From NCBI GenBank assembly GCA_965656185.1, contig CBFHJH010000001.1:291089-355088 (forward strand): a stretch of 64,000 nucleotides of DNA. The letters run 5' to 3'. Made by a program: the position numbers and the translations under genes. Below are positions 1 to 9,331 of this stretch, in pieces (position 1 is the first letter of the stretch; each line of letters opens with the position of its first letter). The notes beneath the pieces were generated by a model. It was given only the letters and a program-made list of their open reading frames with translations, was not told the origin of the DNA and ran no database searches. The stretch is from Croceimicrobium sp. Its GTDB lineage: Bacteria; Bacteroidota; Bacteroidia; Flavobacteriales; Schleiferiaceae.

Positions 1-1049
1 CCGACGATAAGAAAATAGACGGCATGATTAATTCGGTGAAAGAGGTGATGGATCAAAAGGATCCCGTAGGACAAGTTAAGGAGGAGCGTGATTTAGAAAA
101 TGGTCTACGCATTCTTAATAAGACAGCCCCGTTTGGTACTATCATGATTATTTATGAGAGTCGCCCCGATGTAACTATAGAAGCGGCTGTTTTAGCTTTT
201 AAAGCCAATAATAAGATTCTTTTAAAAGGAGGGAAGGAAGCCAAGCACAGTAATAAGACTTTGGTAAACTGTTGGCACAAAGCCTTAAAGGAGAATGGTT
301 TAAGTGAAGATTGGATCCAGTTCATGGAAATGAATCGCGAGCAAACGCAAGCTTTTCTACGGGAACCAGATCAAGCCTTAGATCTAATCGTACCGCGCGG
401 TGGCGAACGCTTGATCCAATTTGTGAAAGACCACGCCAAATGTGCAGTATTGGTAAGCGGACGCGGTAATAACTTTGCCTATCTCGCGCCCGATGCAGAA
501 ATGGAAAAAAGTTTAGCGGTTATCCTCAACGCTAAGACCGATAAAATTTCTGCATGCAATGCCTTGGATAAGATCTTGATCGATCAAAATCACCCCAACT
601 TCGAGAACTTGGTTAAAAATACTGCTAAGATTCTACAAGATGCTGGGGTTAGCCTTGCGGCAGATAAGACTTGTGCTAACTTTATCGAAGAGGCCGAAGC
701 TTTAGGCGACGAGTCTATTTGGTATGAAGAATTCTTAGCCATGCGAGCCGTAATTGCCGCAGTAGATGGTCGTGCGAATGCCACGGATATGATCAATAAA
801 TATTCTGGTGGCCACTCTGTAACCATATTTACTGAAGACAAAGAAGCGGCCCAAGAATTTATGGAGGAAATCGATGCTGCAGCGGTCTATCACAACGCTT
901 CTACGCGTTTTACCGATGGCGGAGCCATGGGAGTAGGAGCAGAGCTTGCTATTAGCACCGACAAACTGCATCACCGGGGGCCATTAGGCTTGCCGCAGTT
1001 GGTAACGAATAAATACTATGTGTACGGTGACGGTCAAGTGCGCGTATAA
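1..1049 (+). CDS. proA: gamma-glutamyl phosphate reductase (5'-partial; frame is open from the window edge)
   Basis: Motifs IYESRPDVT, LIVPRGG, SACNALD, NASTRFTDGG, ISTDKLHHRGP; no in-frame stop upstream of 24. Confidence 0.93.
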   Translation, partial: DDKKIDGMINSVKEVMDQKDPVGQVKEERDLENGLRILNKTAPFGTIMIIYESRPDVTIEAAVLAFKANNKILLKGGKEAKHSNKTLVNCWHKALKENGLSEDWIQFMEMNREQTQAFLREPDQALDLIVPRGGERLIQFVKDHAKCAVLVSGRGNNFAYLAPDAEMEKSLAVILNAKTDKISACNALDKILIDQNHPNFENLVKNTAKILQDAGVSLAADKTCANFIEEAEALGDESIWYEEFLAMRAVIAAVDGRANATDMINKYSGGHSVTIFTEDKEAAQEFMEEIDAAAVYHNASTRFTDGGAMGVGAELAISTDKLHHRGPLGLPQLVTNKYYVYGDGQVRV

Positions 1050-1071
1050 AACGCAATAACTTTCTAGCATT

Positions 1072-1108
1072 AAAAACCCCTGAGTTCAATTTGAGCTCAG
1101 GGGTTTTT
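1072..1108. terminator. bidirectional intrinsic terminator between proA and pirin
   Basis: AAAAACCCCTGAG-loop-CTCAGGGGTTTTT hairpin between convergent genes. Confidence 0.85.
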
Positions 1109-1130
1109 GGCTTTCTTTGGAATGAAATTC

Positions 1131-2018
1131 TTAATTCAACTGCATGGGCACTTCCATGAGTAACATGCGGCCACCATCTAGGTTTTCGATCTCCACTGAT
1201 TCGAGATCCCATAATCCTAGGGCATCGCGTTTATCTAAGATCTGCCCATTTACCTTAAACCTGCCTTCAACCACTTGAGCATATAAACCATTAGTTTTAG
1301 GCGCTTTAAGTTGATGCTCCACCTTGGTGCCCGCCTCAAAATCACCTAAGTGGAACCAAGCATTTTGATAGATCCAAACACCTTCATCGTCCTTATTTGG
1401 TGAAAGGATCTGCATGAAGTTATTCTTCATTTTTTGGGTATCTAAAGTAATCTGATCGTAGCGAGGCTCTACATTGCGCCTATTGGGGAAAAGCCAAATT
1501 TGGAATAAACGCACGTGCTTGTCTTTATTGGCATTGTATTCTGAGTGGTAAATACCGGTGCCGGCACTCATTACCTGCACATCTCCGTTCTTAATTACTT
1601 CCTTGTGACCCATGGAGTCTTTATGCTCTAAGTCACCTTCCCAAGGAATGGTAATTATTTCCATATTGTCGTGAGGGTGGGTGCCGAAGCCCCGTCCTTC
1701 GGCGATATAGTCGTCATTTAATACCCTTAAAACGCCAAAGTTCATCCGATCGGGATTGTAGTAATTGGCGAAACTAAAGGTGTGATTGGCTTTGAGCCAG
1801 CCGTGGTCGGCATGACCGCGACTATTAGCTTTTATTAAAACTGAATTTTTCATGGTCTTATCTTTTGGGTTGGGTAGATGATTAAAACCAACTTGCATGC
1901 GCTCGTCTAAACCGGGTTTCGGGAGATTCTGATCAACTTCTTCGGCTTTGAGGTTTTTTAAGATCCCGATGGACGCAAGGCCTAAAGCACTGGATTTTAA
2001 AAATTTACTACGTTTCAT
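1131..2018 (-). CDS. pirin family (bicupin) protein with N-terminal signal-like extension
   Basis: RGHADHGWL, GFGTHPHDNMEI, MSAGTGIYHSEYN, QIW pirin motifs; core starts at MKNSVL (about 1853). Confidence 0.9.
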   Translation of the reverse strand: MKRSKFLKSSALGLASIGILKNLKAEEVDQNLPKPGLDERMQVGFNHLPNPKDKTMKNSVLIKANSRGHADHGWLKANHTFSFANYYNPDRMNFGVLRVLNDDYIAEGRGFGTHPHDNMEIITIPWEGDLEHKDSMGHKEVIKNGDVQVMSAGTGIYHSEYNANKDKHVRLFQIWLFPNRRNVEPRYDQITLDTQKMKNNFMQILSPNKDDEGVWIYQNAWFHLGDFEAGTKVEHQLKAPKTNGLYAQVVEGRFKVNGQILDKRDALGLWDLESVEIENLDGGRMLLMEVPMQLN

Positions 2019-2026
2019 GCTATTTC

Positions 2027-2047
2027 GATGTTACAACATCAAAGTTA
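2027..2047 (-). promoter_or_regulatory. pirin promoter -7 element (TAACTTTG, 2040-2047) plus adjacent inverted repeat GATGTT-AC-AACATC (2027-2040)
   Basis: Matches Bacteroidota TAnnTTTG consensus; perfect 6-bp inverted repeat directly downstream, 9 bp before the ATG. Confidence 0.6.
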
Positions 2048-2095
2048 AATAGTTTTTTTATTTCTTGCAAGCTTTGATTCAATCGGATATAAACA

Positions 2096-3115
2096 ATGTT
2101 TATAAAACTGCCCTATTGCTTAATAGTTCTTTATCTACCCTTAGTGCTTTCTGCCCAGCCCAGGCCTGTTATCGAAGAGTATATTTGTCCGAATAAAGAC
2201 AATGGGTTTCGGGCTATATCGGCTCTAGACGAACAATCACTTTGGCTGGCGAGCGATAATGGGCAGGTTTGGTTCTTCAATGATAAGAGGGGCTGGCGTG
2301 ATTGCAGTCCACAATATTTTGAGGATCAAATAATAATGTGGCGTGATATTCACGCCTACGACGATTCTACCGTCTTAATTTTAAGCGCGGGCTCTCCTGG
2401 ACTAATTCTACGCACTGAAGATGCAGGAAGTACTTGGGAGGAGGTCTATCGCGATGATAGTCCGGCTATTTTTTTCGATGCTTTTGGTTTTCACGGACCA
2501 AGGGGTTTAGCTTTTAGTGACGCCCAGGGAAAATACCTCGGGATGATTGAAACTAGAGACAGTGGAAAAACTTGGCAGCCTTGGGCAGAACAGACTGCCT
2601 CCTTGCAGGTGATAGAAAATCAGGGTGGCTTTGCTGCCTCAGGCTCTTGCCTAAAGATGATCGACTCCAGTGAAGTTGTAATAGTGCTTGGCGGGGCCGA
2701 AGCGACCTTTAAGCGGATTGGTTTTGAGCAACATTTTAACCGGCCTTTACCTTTAGATGCCGGCGCTTCTTCAAAGGGAGCTTTTAGCATAGCCTTTAAA
2801 AATAGCGATAGCCTAATTGCGGTGGGCGGCGATTACCATTCAGACTCGTTATCGACTCATAGCGTAGCCTTGTCTTTCGATGGCGGTAATAGCTGGCAAT
2901 TAGCCGATCGATGGCCTAAGCTTCAAAACGCCTATTGGTCGGCAGTCTCTTGGGATACAGAACTCATTGTGCTTTGCTCACGCTTTAAAACTGCGCTGAG
3001 CAGCGATGGAGGAGCAAACTGGCAAATAATCGACCAGGGTTTTTACGCCTATGATAAAGGCTGGTTTAGTGGTCCCTATGGTCGTATCGGTCGTCTTAAG
3101 ACTTCTTCAGAATAA
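2096..3115 (+). CDS. secreted BNR/Asp-box repeat beta-propeller protein (Ycf48/YVTN-like)
   Basis: Signal peptide; repeated T/S-x-D-x-G-x-T/S/N-W Asp-boxes (TEDAGSTW, TRDSGKTW, SFDGGNSW, SSDGGANW). Confidence 0.75.
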   Translation: MFIKLPYCLIVLYLPLVLSAQPRPVIEEYICPNKDNGFRAISALDEQSLWLASDNGQVWFFNDKRGWRDCSPQYFEDQIIMWRDIHAYDDSTVLILSAGSPGLILRTEDAGSTWEEVYRDDSPAIFFDAFGFHGPRGLAFSDAQGKYLGMIETRDSGKTWQPWAEQTASLQVIENQGGFAASGSCLKMIDSSEVVIVLGGAEATFKRIGFEQHFNRPLPLDAGASSKGAFSIAFKNSDSLIAVGGDYHSDSLSTHSVALSFDGGNSWQLADRWPKLQNAYWSAVSWDTELIVLCSRFKTALSSDGGANWQIIDQGFYAYDKGWFSGPYGRIGRLKTSSE

Positions 3116-4469
3116 GGTAGTCGCCCATCGCTAGACTAATAGAACCACTTAGGCTATACGGAGCAGAGTCTATTAAGTTGGTCCAACTTGCTGCCGCAAG
3201 GATAGGGTCTACTGCATAGGAGACAGCTTGATTTCGCGTATTTACCAAAATTAGAATCTCATCGGCCCCAACTTCCTTTGTAAATGCCAACACTTCATTG
3301 CTGCTATAGTCTACCAAGCTCCGACTGCGAGCCGCTTTTTCCTGTCTATAGAGCTGCATAAAGTTTCGATAAGCCTCTAAAGTGCTTGGGTTTGCGTTCC
3401 AGTTTATAGGATCATTACTGAAAAAAGCAAGGTTATTATTACGCCCCACTTCTTGACTGCCATAGATCAATGGTACTCCGCCAATAAAAACATTGGCTAC
3501 CATAGCTGCGATCGCTTTTTCCTGATTACCAAAGAGCTGCACTGGAGTTTCATCCCAAGCTGATTCGTCGTGATTGGTAATGAAGCGCAATATTCCTTGA
3601 TTCCCTGTTACCACATTGTATTCGGCTTCATGGTAACTAGGTAAAATAGATGCGGGCTCTCCGTCTTTAAACACTCTCTTGATACGATCGTAAAAGGCCC
3701 AGCTAAAGCGCAAGTCGAAGCCGGCTACCAAATGATTGAAACGATCTCCTTCGGCCAGCATCAATAAATTGCTGCGATGGCTTTTTTCTAAAGAGTCTAT
3801 CGCTCTTTGCCAGAATTCAAAGGGTACACCATTGGCGTAATCACAGCGGTAACCATCGATATTTGCTTCCTTGATCCAGTAGCGCATAGTTTCGATCATG
3901 GCCACCTGCATGGAGTCATTTTCGAAGTTTAGATCGGCTACATCGGTCCAATTTGTGCCCGGAGGATGAACGATATTGCCGCTAGCATCTTGGGTATACC
4001 AATCTGGATGAGCATCGATCCAAGGATGATCCCAGGCAGTATGGTTGGCAACAAAGTCCAGTATTACCGCCATTTCCTTTTGATGAGCAGCATCAATTAA
4101 GTTCCTCAAATCTTCTAAGTTACCATATTCATTGGCCACCGCATTAAAATCGCGCACCGAATAAGGGGAGTTCACTCCATTTTCAATGCCCACCGGGTAA
4201 ATCGGCATAAGCCAGATAACGTTTACTCCTAAGGCTTTAATACTATCCAAACGGGCCGTAACTCCGGACAAGTCGCCATTAGAAGAAAAAGCACGAATGT
4301 TTACCTCATAAAGCACCAGGTCGTCTACACTAGCCGGCATGCCTTGAAATGGTTCTCCGTAATACTCCGAAACTGGCTCTTGCGGGGTAGGGTTATTTGC
4401 GAGGGGGTCCGCCTCTTTTTTACAGGCGATGATACTTAAAAGTAGGGCGAGGCAATAAATACGTTTCAT
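3096..4469 (-). CDS. GH13 alpha-amylase family lipoprotein
   Basis: Lipobox IIAC; GH13 motifs WLMPIYP, DFVANH, DGYRCD, MLAEG, FITNHDE. Confidence 0.88.
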   Translation of the reverse strand: MKRIYCLALLLSIIACKKEADPLANNPTPQEPVSEYYGEPFQGMPASVDDLVLYEVNIRAFSSNGDLSGVTARLDSIKALGVNVIWLMPIYPVGIENGVNSPYSVRDFNAVANEYGNLEDLRNLIDAAHQKEMAVILDFVANHTAWDHPWIDAHPDWYTQDASGNIVHPPGTNWTDVADLNFENDSMQVAMIETMRYWIKEANIDGYRCDYANGVPFEFWQRAIDSLEKSHRSNLLMLAEGDRFNHLVAGFDLRFSWAFYDRIKRVFKDGEPASILPSYHEAEYNVVTGNQGILRFITNHDESAWDETPVQLFGNQEKAIAAMVANVFIGGVPLIYGSQEVGRNNNLAFFSNDPINWNANPSTLEAYRNFMQLYRQEKAARSRSLVDYSSNEVLAFTKEVGADEILILVNTRNQAVSYAVDPILAAASWTNLIDSAPYSLSGSISLAMGDYLILKKS

Positions 4470-4473
4470 AGAA

Positions 4474-4481
4474 CAAAATTA
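4474..4481 (-). promoter_or_regulatory. -7 promoter element TAATTTTG 4 nt before the GH13 start codon
   Basis: Exact TAnnTTTG match on minus strand. Confidence 0.5.
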
Positions 4482-4486
4482 AGCAT

Positions 4487-4513
4487 AAAAAAAAGCCGCG
4501 CGAGGCGGCTTTT
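4487..4513 (-). terminator. intrinsic terminator after fahA
   Basis: Minus strand AAAAGCCGCC-TCGC-GCGGC followed by T8. Confidence 0.8.
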
Positions 4514-4533
4514 AGGATTTGAGGCCATGTGGT

Positions 4534-5808
4534 TTATACTTTGGCCGGTAGTACTTTAGACCTAACTTCACCGAAGCCCATCCGTAGGCCATTGCTCTCG
4601 CAATAAGCCCTCATGATTACGGTGTCACCATCCAATAAGAACTTACGCTCACTACCATCCTTTAGCTGTAATGGTTTAGAACCGCGCCAACTTAATTCCA
4701 GCATAGAACCGTAGTTTTCCGGCTCAGGGCCTGAAATAGTTCCACTCGCCATCATGTCTCCAGCGTTGATATTACAGCCATTTACGGTATGATGCGCCAG
4801 TTGTTGCACCATGGTCCAATAAAGGTATTTATGATTGGATTGGGAAACTAGGTTTTTTTCACCGCCTTCTGGCTGAATGAATACTTCTAATTTGATGTCG
4901 TAAGCCGTATTGCTAGCGCATTGCAAATAGGGCAAAGGCTCTGGATCCTGTTTCGGTCGCTCGGTGCGGAAAGGTTCCAAGGCATCGAAAGTAACTACCC
5001 AAGGTGAAATGGATGAGCCAAAGTTTTTACCAAGAAATGGTCCTAAAGGCACATACTCCCATTTTTGTAGATCGCGTGCCGACCAGTCGTTGAAGATTAC
5101 CATTCCGAATAGGTATTCTTCGGCCTCATCGGTACTAATGCGTTCCCCTAAATGTTTACCATCTGTGGTAATGAAGGCCATTTCCAATTCGAAGTCCATT
5201 AATTTGGAGGGCCCATAAACGGGACTTTCTGAATCAGCCGGAAGGCTCTGACCCATAGGTCGATGGACATCCTCACCTGAAACGATAATTGAAGAGCTTC
5301 TGCCGTGGTAACCAACCGGTAAATGCAGCCAGTTAGGCATTAAAGCATTTTCCTTACCCCGGAACATAGTACCAACATTTTCGGCGTGCTCACGACTACT
5401 GTAAAAGTCGGTATAGTCCTGAATAAAAACAGGCATTAACATTTGCAGTTCTGAAACGGGAAATAGCACCGCCTCACGATGTTCTTTATTGTCACGGAGC
5501 TGATTGTTTTTAGCGTCAAAAATGTCGGCAATGCGATTGCGTACTTGGCGACAAGTTGGTTTGCCTAAAGTGATAAAGTCATTTAAGGTATCCTGCAGAA
5601 AAACATCTTCTGGTAAGGTGATATCTTCGAAATAACCCAATTGATGCAAAGCAGCGAGGTCTATTGCGGTATCACCAATGCGGCTGCCAATGCTAATGTG
5701 ATCATCATTAGCCATAAAAACACCAAAAGGAAGGTTTTGTATAGGGAAATCTGATCCCGAAGGTACTTCGAGCCAAGACTTACGAGAGGGGTCGTTTGCT
5801 GTGAGCAT
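4534..5808 (-). CDS. fahA: fumarylacetoacetase (start likely ATG 5808 rather than TTG 5829)
   Basis: DFPIQNLPFGVF, DYTDFYSS, YHGRSSS, DFELE, NDWSARD, GTISG motifs. Confidence 0.93.
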   Translation of the reverse strand: MLTANDPSRKSWLEVPSGSDFPIQNLPFGVFMANDDHISIGSRIGDTAIDLAALHQLGYFEDITLPEDVFLQDTLNDFITLGKPTCRQVRNRIADIFDAKNNQLRDNKEHREAVLFPVSELQMLMPVFIQDYTDFYSSREHAENVGTMFRGKENALMPNWLHLPVGYHGRSSSIIVSGEDVHRPMGQSLPADSESPVYGPSKLMDFELEMAFITTDGKHLGERISTDEAEEYLFGMVIFNDWSARDLQKWEYVPLGPFLGKNFGSSISPWVVTFDALEPFRTERPKQDPEPLPYLQCASNTAYDIKLEVFIQPEGGEKNLVSQSNHKYLYWTMVQQLAHHTVNGCNINAGDMMASGTISGPEPENYGSMLELSWRGSKPLQLKDGSERKFLLDGDTVIMRAYCESNGLRMGFGEVRSKVLPAKV

Positions 5809-5824
5809 TTTCTGTTTACTTTTG
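5795..5824 (+). promoter_or_regulatory. glyA promoter: TTTG (5795-5798) and TACTTTTG (5817-5824)
   Basis: TTTG-N18-TAnnTTTG, about 40 bp upstream of glyA ATG. Confidence 0.55.
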
Positions 5825-5865
5825 GGCAATATTAATAAGATTAGCCACCTTAGAAAAATAAGTTT

Positions 5866-7140
5866 ATGTACAAAGATGCCCAGATCTTCGATTTAATCGA
5901 ACAGGAGCGAGAAAGACAGACGGAAGGAATAGAGTTGATTGCTTCAGAAAACTTTGCTAGTGAGCAAGTTATGCAGGCAATGGGCTCGGTTTTAACCAAT
6001 AAATATGCAGAAGGCTTTCCGGGCAAAAGGTATTATGGCGGTTGCGAAGTTGTAGATCAAGTCGAACAGTTAGCCATTGACCGCGTAAAAGCCTTATTTG
6101 GAGCAGAGTACGCTAATGTGCAGCCACACTCAGGTTCACAAGCGAATGCTGCGGTATTCTTGGCTTGTCTCAAACCGGGCGATAAGATCATGGGATTCGA
6201 CCTATCGCATGGTGGTCATCTTACCCACGGTTCTCCAGTTAACTTTAGTGGAAAAACCTATAAAACCTGTTTTTACGGAGTTGAAAAAGAGAGTGGACGA
6301 CTTAATTACGATACGATAGCCGAAATCGCCGAGCGTGAAAAACCGAACATGATAATTTGTGGTTTTTCGGCCTACAGTCGGGATTTAGACTATAAGCGCT
6401 TCCGTGAGATCGCCGATTCGGTAGGAGCCCTGTTATTAGCGGATATTTCTCATCCTTCGGGATTGATTGCCAAGGGCTTATTAAACGATCCTTTACCACA
6501 CTGTCACATAATTACAAGTACCACTCATAAAACCTTAAGAGGTCCGCGTGGTGGAATTATTCTTATGGGTCAGGATTTTGAGAACCCCTGGGGTCTTAAA
6601 ACCCCCAAAGGCGCAGTTAAAATGATGAGCCAGCTATTAAATGCGGCCGTATTTCCCGGAACGCAAGGTGGTCCATTAGAACACGTAATTGCGGCTAAGG
6701 CCGTAGCATTTGGTGAAGCCTTGGAAGACGAGTTTATGCATTACACATTACAGGTACAAAAAAACGCAAAGGCTCTAGCGGCGGCATTGGTAAAACGTGA
6801 TTATCAAATCATTTCTGGGGGAACCGATAACCATAGTATGTTGATCGACCTCCGCAATAAAAACATTACGGGTAAGCAGGCGGAAAATGCCTTGGTTCTT
6901 GCCGATATTACCGTGAATAAGAACATGGTGCCCTTCGATGATAAATCTCCTTTTGTAACCAGTGGAATTCGCCTAGGAACCCCGGCAATCACTACCCGTG
7001 GTTGCAATGAAGCGGATATGGAAAAGGTAGCCGAGTTTATCGATCGCGTGATCCTTGACTTTGAAAATGAAGAAATTCTCGAGGCTGTTCGTAAGGACGT
7101 AAATGCTATGATGAGCGGCAAGGGGCTTTTTAATTGGTAG
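5866..7140 (+). CDS. glyA: serine hydroxymethyltransferase
   Basis: [31 protein letters not shown] (PLP lysine), GIRLGT. Confidence 0.97.
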   Translation: MYKDAQIFDLIEQERERQTEGIELIASENFASEQVMQAMGSVLTNKYAEGFPGKRYYGGCEVVDQVEQLAIDRVKALFGAEYANVQPHSGSQANAAVFLACLKPGDKIMGFDLSHGGHLTHGSPVNFSGKTYKTCFYGVEKESGRLNYDTIAEIAEREKPNMIICGFSAYSRDLDYKRFREIADSVGALLLADISHPSGLIAKGLLNDPLPHCHIITSTTHKTLRGPRGGIILMGQDFENPWGLKTPKGAVKMMSQLLNAAVFPGTQGGPLEHVIAAKAVAFGEALEDEFMHYTLQVQKNAKALAAALVKRDYQIISGGTDNHSMLIDLRNKNITGKQAENALVLADITVNKNMVPFDDKSPFVTSGIRLGTPAITTRGCNEADMEKVAEFIDRVILDFENEEILEAVRKDVNAMMSGKGLFNW

Positions 7141-7158
7141 GGCTTCTAATTATAAAAG

Positions 7159-7188
7159 AAAAAAGGGAGTATTGCGCTCCCTTTTTTT
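7159..7188. terminator. bidirectional intrinsic terminator
   Basis: AAAAAAGGGAG-TATTGCG-CTCCCTTTTTTT between convergent genes. Confidence 0.85.
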
Positions 7189-8401
7189 ATGGCTTAACAA
7201 TTATTATTTCATTGCTAGCAGCGCATTGAACTAGATATCGACCGGGAGGTAGATCGAGCTCTAATTTATCCTTTAATCGGACTTGCTGCCTCAACTTACC
7301 ATTTAAATCGTGGATCTCTAAAGCTTTGCCTTCCAGGTCATGACTGCCTTTGATCCATATTTTTCCTTTACTGGGGTTCGGGTATACTTCTAAGTGCCCT
7401 TGTTTTTTTGGTTCAGTGAGGTTGATGTGCACCTCACGTGATAGAAAGTAGTGAATCGTGTCTATTACCCTTTGGTCTACTCGGGCTAAACTATCCGGTG
7501 TCATGTAGTGATTGAGCCCGTTTAGCTGGTAAAATTCATTTCTTACTTGCTGATCCAAAGAATCTTTAAAACGCTGCCACTCGCTTCCGGGCACATTGAA
7601 ATCATTAGCCATGCCTAAAAATAGACTCGGCAATTGGGCTGACCTGTAATACTCTAAAACCGAATCATTTACATTAATGTATTTCATCCATGCAGCAGCT
7701 GTAGCTCCAGCAAAATCAGGTAAGCCATTTGTGCCATTTCGCAGGGCATTGAAATAGCTCAAGATCTGGTTGGCTTGCATTTGGGCTGCGTTTACATTAC
7801 CACCACATAGATTAGCAATTTCTACCAATTGGCGGGCTAACAAACTATCGAAAGGTGTGTAGGCACCCGCTATATTTACCAAGGCGGTAAGGTCATTACG
7901 TTGAGAGGCAATATAGTTTATTAGCGAAGCCCCTTCACTATGTCCCATCAAGTAAAGCTTTTGTGCGTTCACCAATGGATGTACTGCAAGGCTGTCTATG
8001 GCAGACTGGGCGGGGAGCCAGAGCTTTTCGTAGCTGTTTACTGGCGTGCTGGTATTAGGACAGGAAATGAATAATTCATCATAGCGTAACACTAAATAAC
8101 CTTTGGCACTAAGGCCTTGAGCAAGGTCCTTATAGATCGTTAAGCTCGAATCTACCAAACCCGGGTAAAGGCACTGACTGTTTCCTCCACTCAAGTTAAT
8201 GGTGCCATTTCGATCATTTTGGCCAGAGCCTGGGATTAAAACTATAGCGGGAAAGGGTCCAGTGCCAGCCGGCCGACTAATAGTTGCATTGAAGCTACAA
8301 GCTTCAAAGTCAAAGCTAAAGTACTCTTCTACGATTCCTTGACCCGAAAGTCCACTGAAGGGCCCTAAAACAAGAATTAAGACCATTATTAAATGTTTCA
8401 T
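7187..8401 (-). CDS. secreted alpha/beta hydrolase with T9SS C-terminal sorting domain
   Basis: Signal peptide; PGSG oxyanion motif, GHSEG nucleophile elbow, DFNV and NHY candidates; C-terminal VYPNP...G.YLV. Confidence 0.82.
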   Translation of the reverse strand: MKHLIMVLILVLGPFSGLSGQGIVEEYFSFDFEACSFNATISRPAGTGPFPAIVLIPGSGQNDRNGTINLSGGNSQCLYPGLVDSSLTIYKDLAQGLSAKGYLVLRYDELFISCPNTSTPVNSYEKLWLPAQSAIDSLAVHPLVNAQKLYLMGHSEGASLINYIASQRNDLTALVNIAGAYTPFDSLLARQLVEIANLCGGNVNAAQMQANQILSYFNALRNGTNGLPDFAGATAAAWMKYINVNDSVLEYYRSAQLPSLFLGMANDFNVPGSEWQRFKDSLDQQVRNEFYQLNGLNHYMTPDSLARVDQRVIDTIHYFLSREVHINLTEPKKQGHLEVYPNPSKGKIWIKGSHDLEGKALEIHDLNGKLRQQVRLKDKLELDLPPGRYLVQCAASNEIIIVKP

Positions 8402-8976
8402 AAACTAAAGCTACTTATTAGGGTGATGCTTAAAATCATGGCGGCGATCAAACTCAAGGTAAATGTCCAGGTTAGTTTAGGGCCTTTTAGACCACTGTCT
8501 ACTTTAAACAATCCATATAAAAAGTGAATGTGTAGCACTATGCCACTTAGCAGAAACACTAGGGATAACCAAAAAGGGCCTGAAGAAAGCATGATGGCCA
8601 GTTCTTCGCTATTTACTCCTTGTTGAGCTAATTCATTGAGCTGTTGAAAATTGAAAAGAAAGCTTAATAGGCAAAGCGGTATAAGTGGCCACTGGGCCCA
8701 AATTAACTGAGGAATTAGGTCCATTAAACGCGGAAAGCGTTGGGTGCTTAAGTATTGCCCGATCCCGAAAGTAAGCCCTAAACTCACTAGGTTGATCGCT
8801 AGGTCACTAATAATGAGCCAGATGTTGGGGTGATTTACAAAGTGTAAGCTTAAGACTCCGTCCAAGCGTGCTTCGCCCCAAAAGGCACTCGCAATTAAGG
8901 CTAATAAGATTAATGCTGCGCCGGCAATTAATTTGGTTCCAAATAGCCTTTCGTAGAAATATACACTAGTCTTCAT
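8398..8976 (-). CDS. multi-pass membrane protein (YIP1-like)
   Basis: About five hydrophobic segments; overlaps both neighbours. Confidence 0.6.
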   Translation of the reverse strand: MKTSVYFYERLFGTKLIAGAALILLALIASAFWGEARLDGVLSLHFVNHPNIWLIISDLAINLVSLGLTFGIGQYLSTQRFPRLMDLIPQLIWAQWPLIPLCLLSFLFNFQQLNELAQQGVNSEELAIMLSSGPFWLSLVFLLSGIVLHIHFLYGLFKVDSGLKGPKLTWTFTLSLIAAMILSITLISSFSL

Positions 8977-9256
8977 GATCCGTAGTACTTTGAGGAAGAG
9001 ACTGGAGCTTAGTTATAAGCTCATCGAGCATATTGCGCACTTTAGGATAAGAGTAGCCCAGTACCTTAGACATCTCTTTTAAACTGCCGGAAGCCTTTAA
9101 AAAGAGCAGCATGAAATGCTGTTCCTCACTGCTTAGACTGAGAATTTCGGGTAAGCTAAAGTTACCTTGGATTTTGGTTTGACAATTAGAGCAACTTAGC
9201 TCTGAAACGTAAAGGCTAGAACTACAGGCCGGACAATTACTAGGAAATACTTTCAC
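8966..9256 (-). CDS. DUF2089-like Zn-ribbon plus HTH protein
   Basis: CPAC...CSNC followed by GSLKEMSKVLGYSYPKVRNMLDELI. Confidence 0.8.
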   Translation of the reverse strand: MKVFPSNCPACSSSLYVSELSCSNCQTKIQGNFSLPEILSLSSEEQHFMLLFLKASGSLKEMSKVLGYSYPKVRNMLDELITKLQSLPQSTTDHED

Positions 9257-9260
9257 TGCA

Positions 9261-9290
9261 AATAATTATTAAGCAAAACTAATAATTATT
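9261..9290 (-). promoter_or_regulatory. -7 element TAGTTTTG (9274-9281) between two identical palindromes AATAATTATT (9261-9270, 9281-9290)
   Basis: Seen directly; region is very AT-rich. Confidence 0.5.
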
Positions 9291-9331
9291 TGGATTAAGT
9301 ATAATAATATTAATAAAATGTTGAATATTAT

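Noticed and set aside
590-1212. short antisense ORFs over proA and pirin, and similar 60-140 aa shadow ORFs throughout the window
   Set aside because: They lie wholly within confidently identified genes and have no recognisable features
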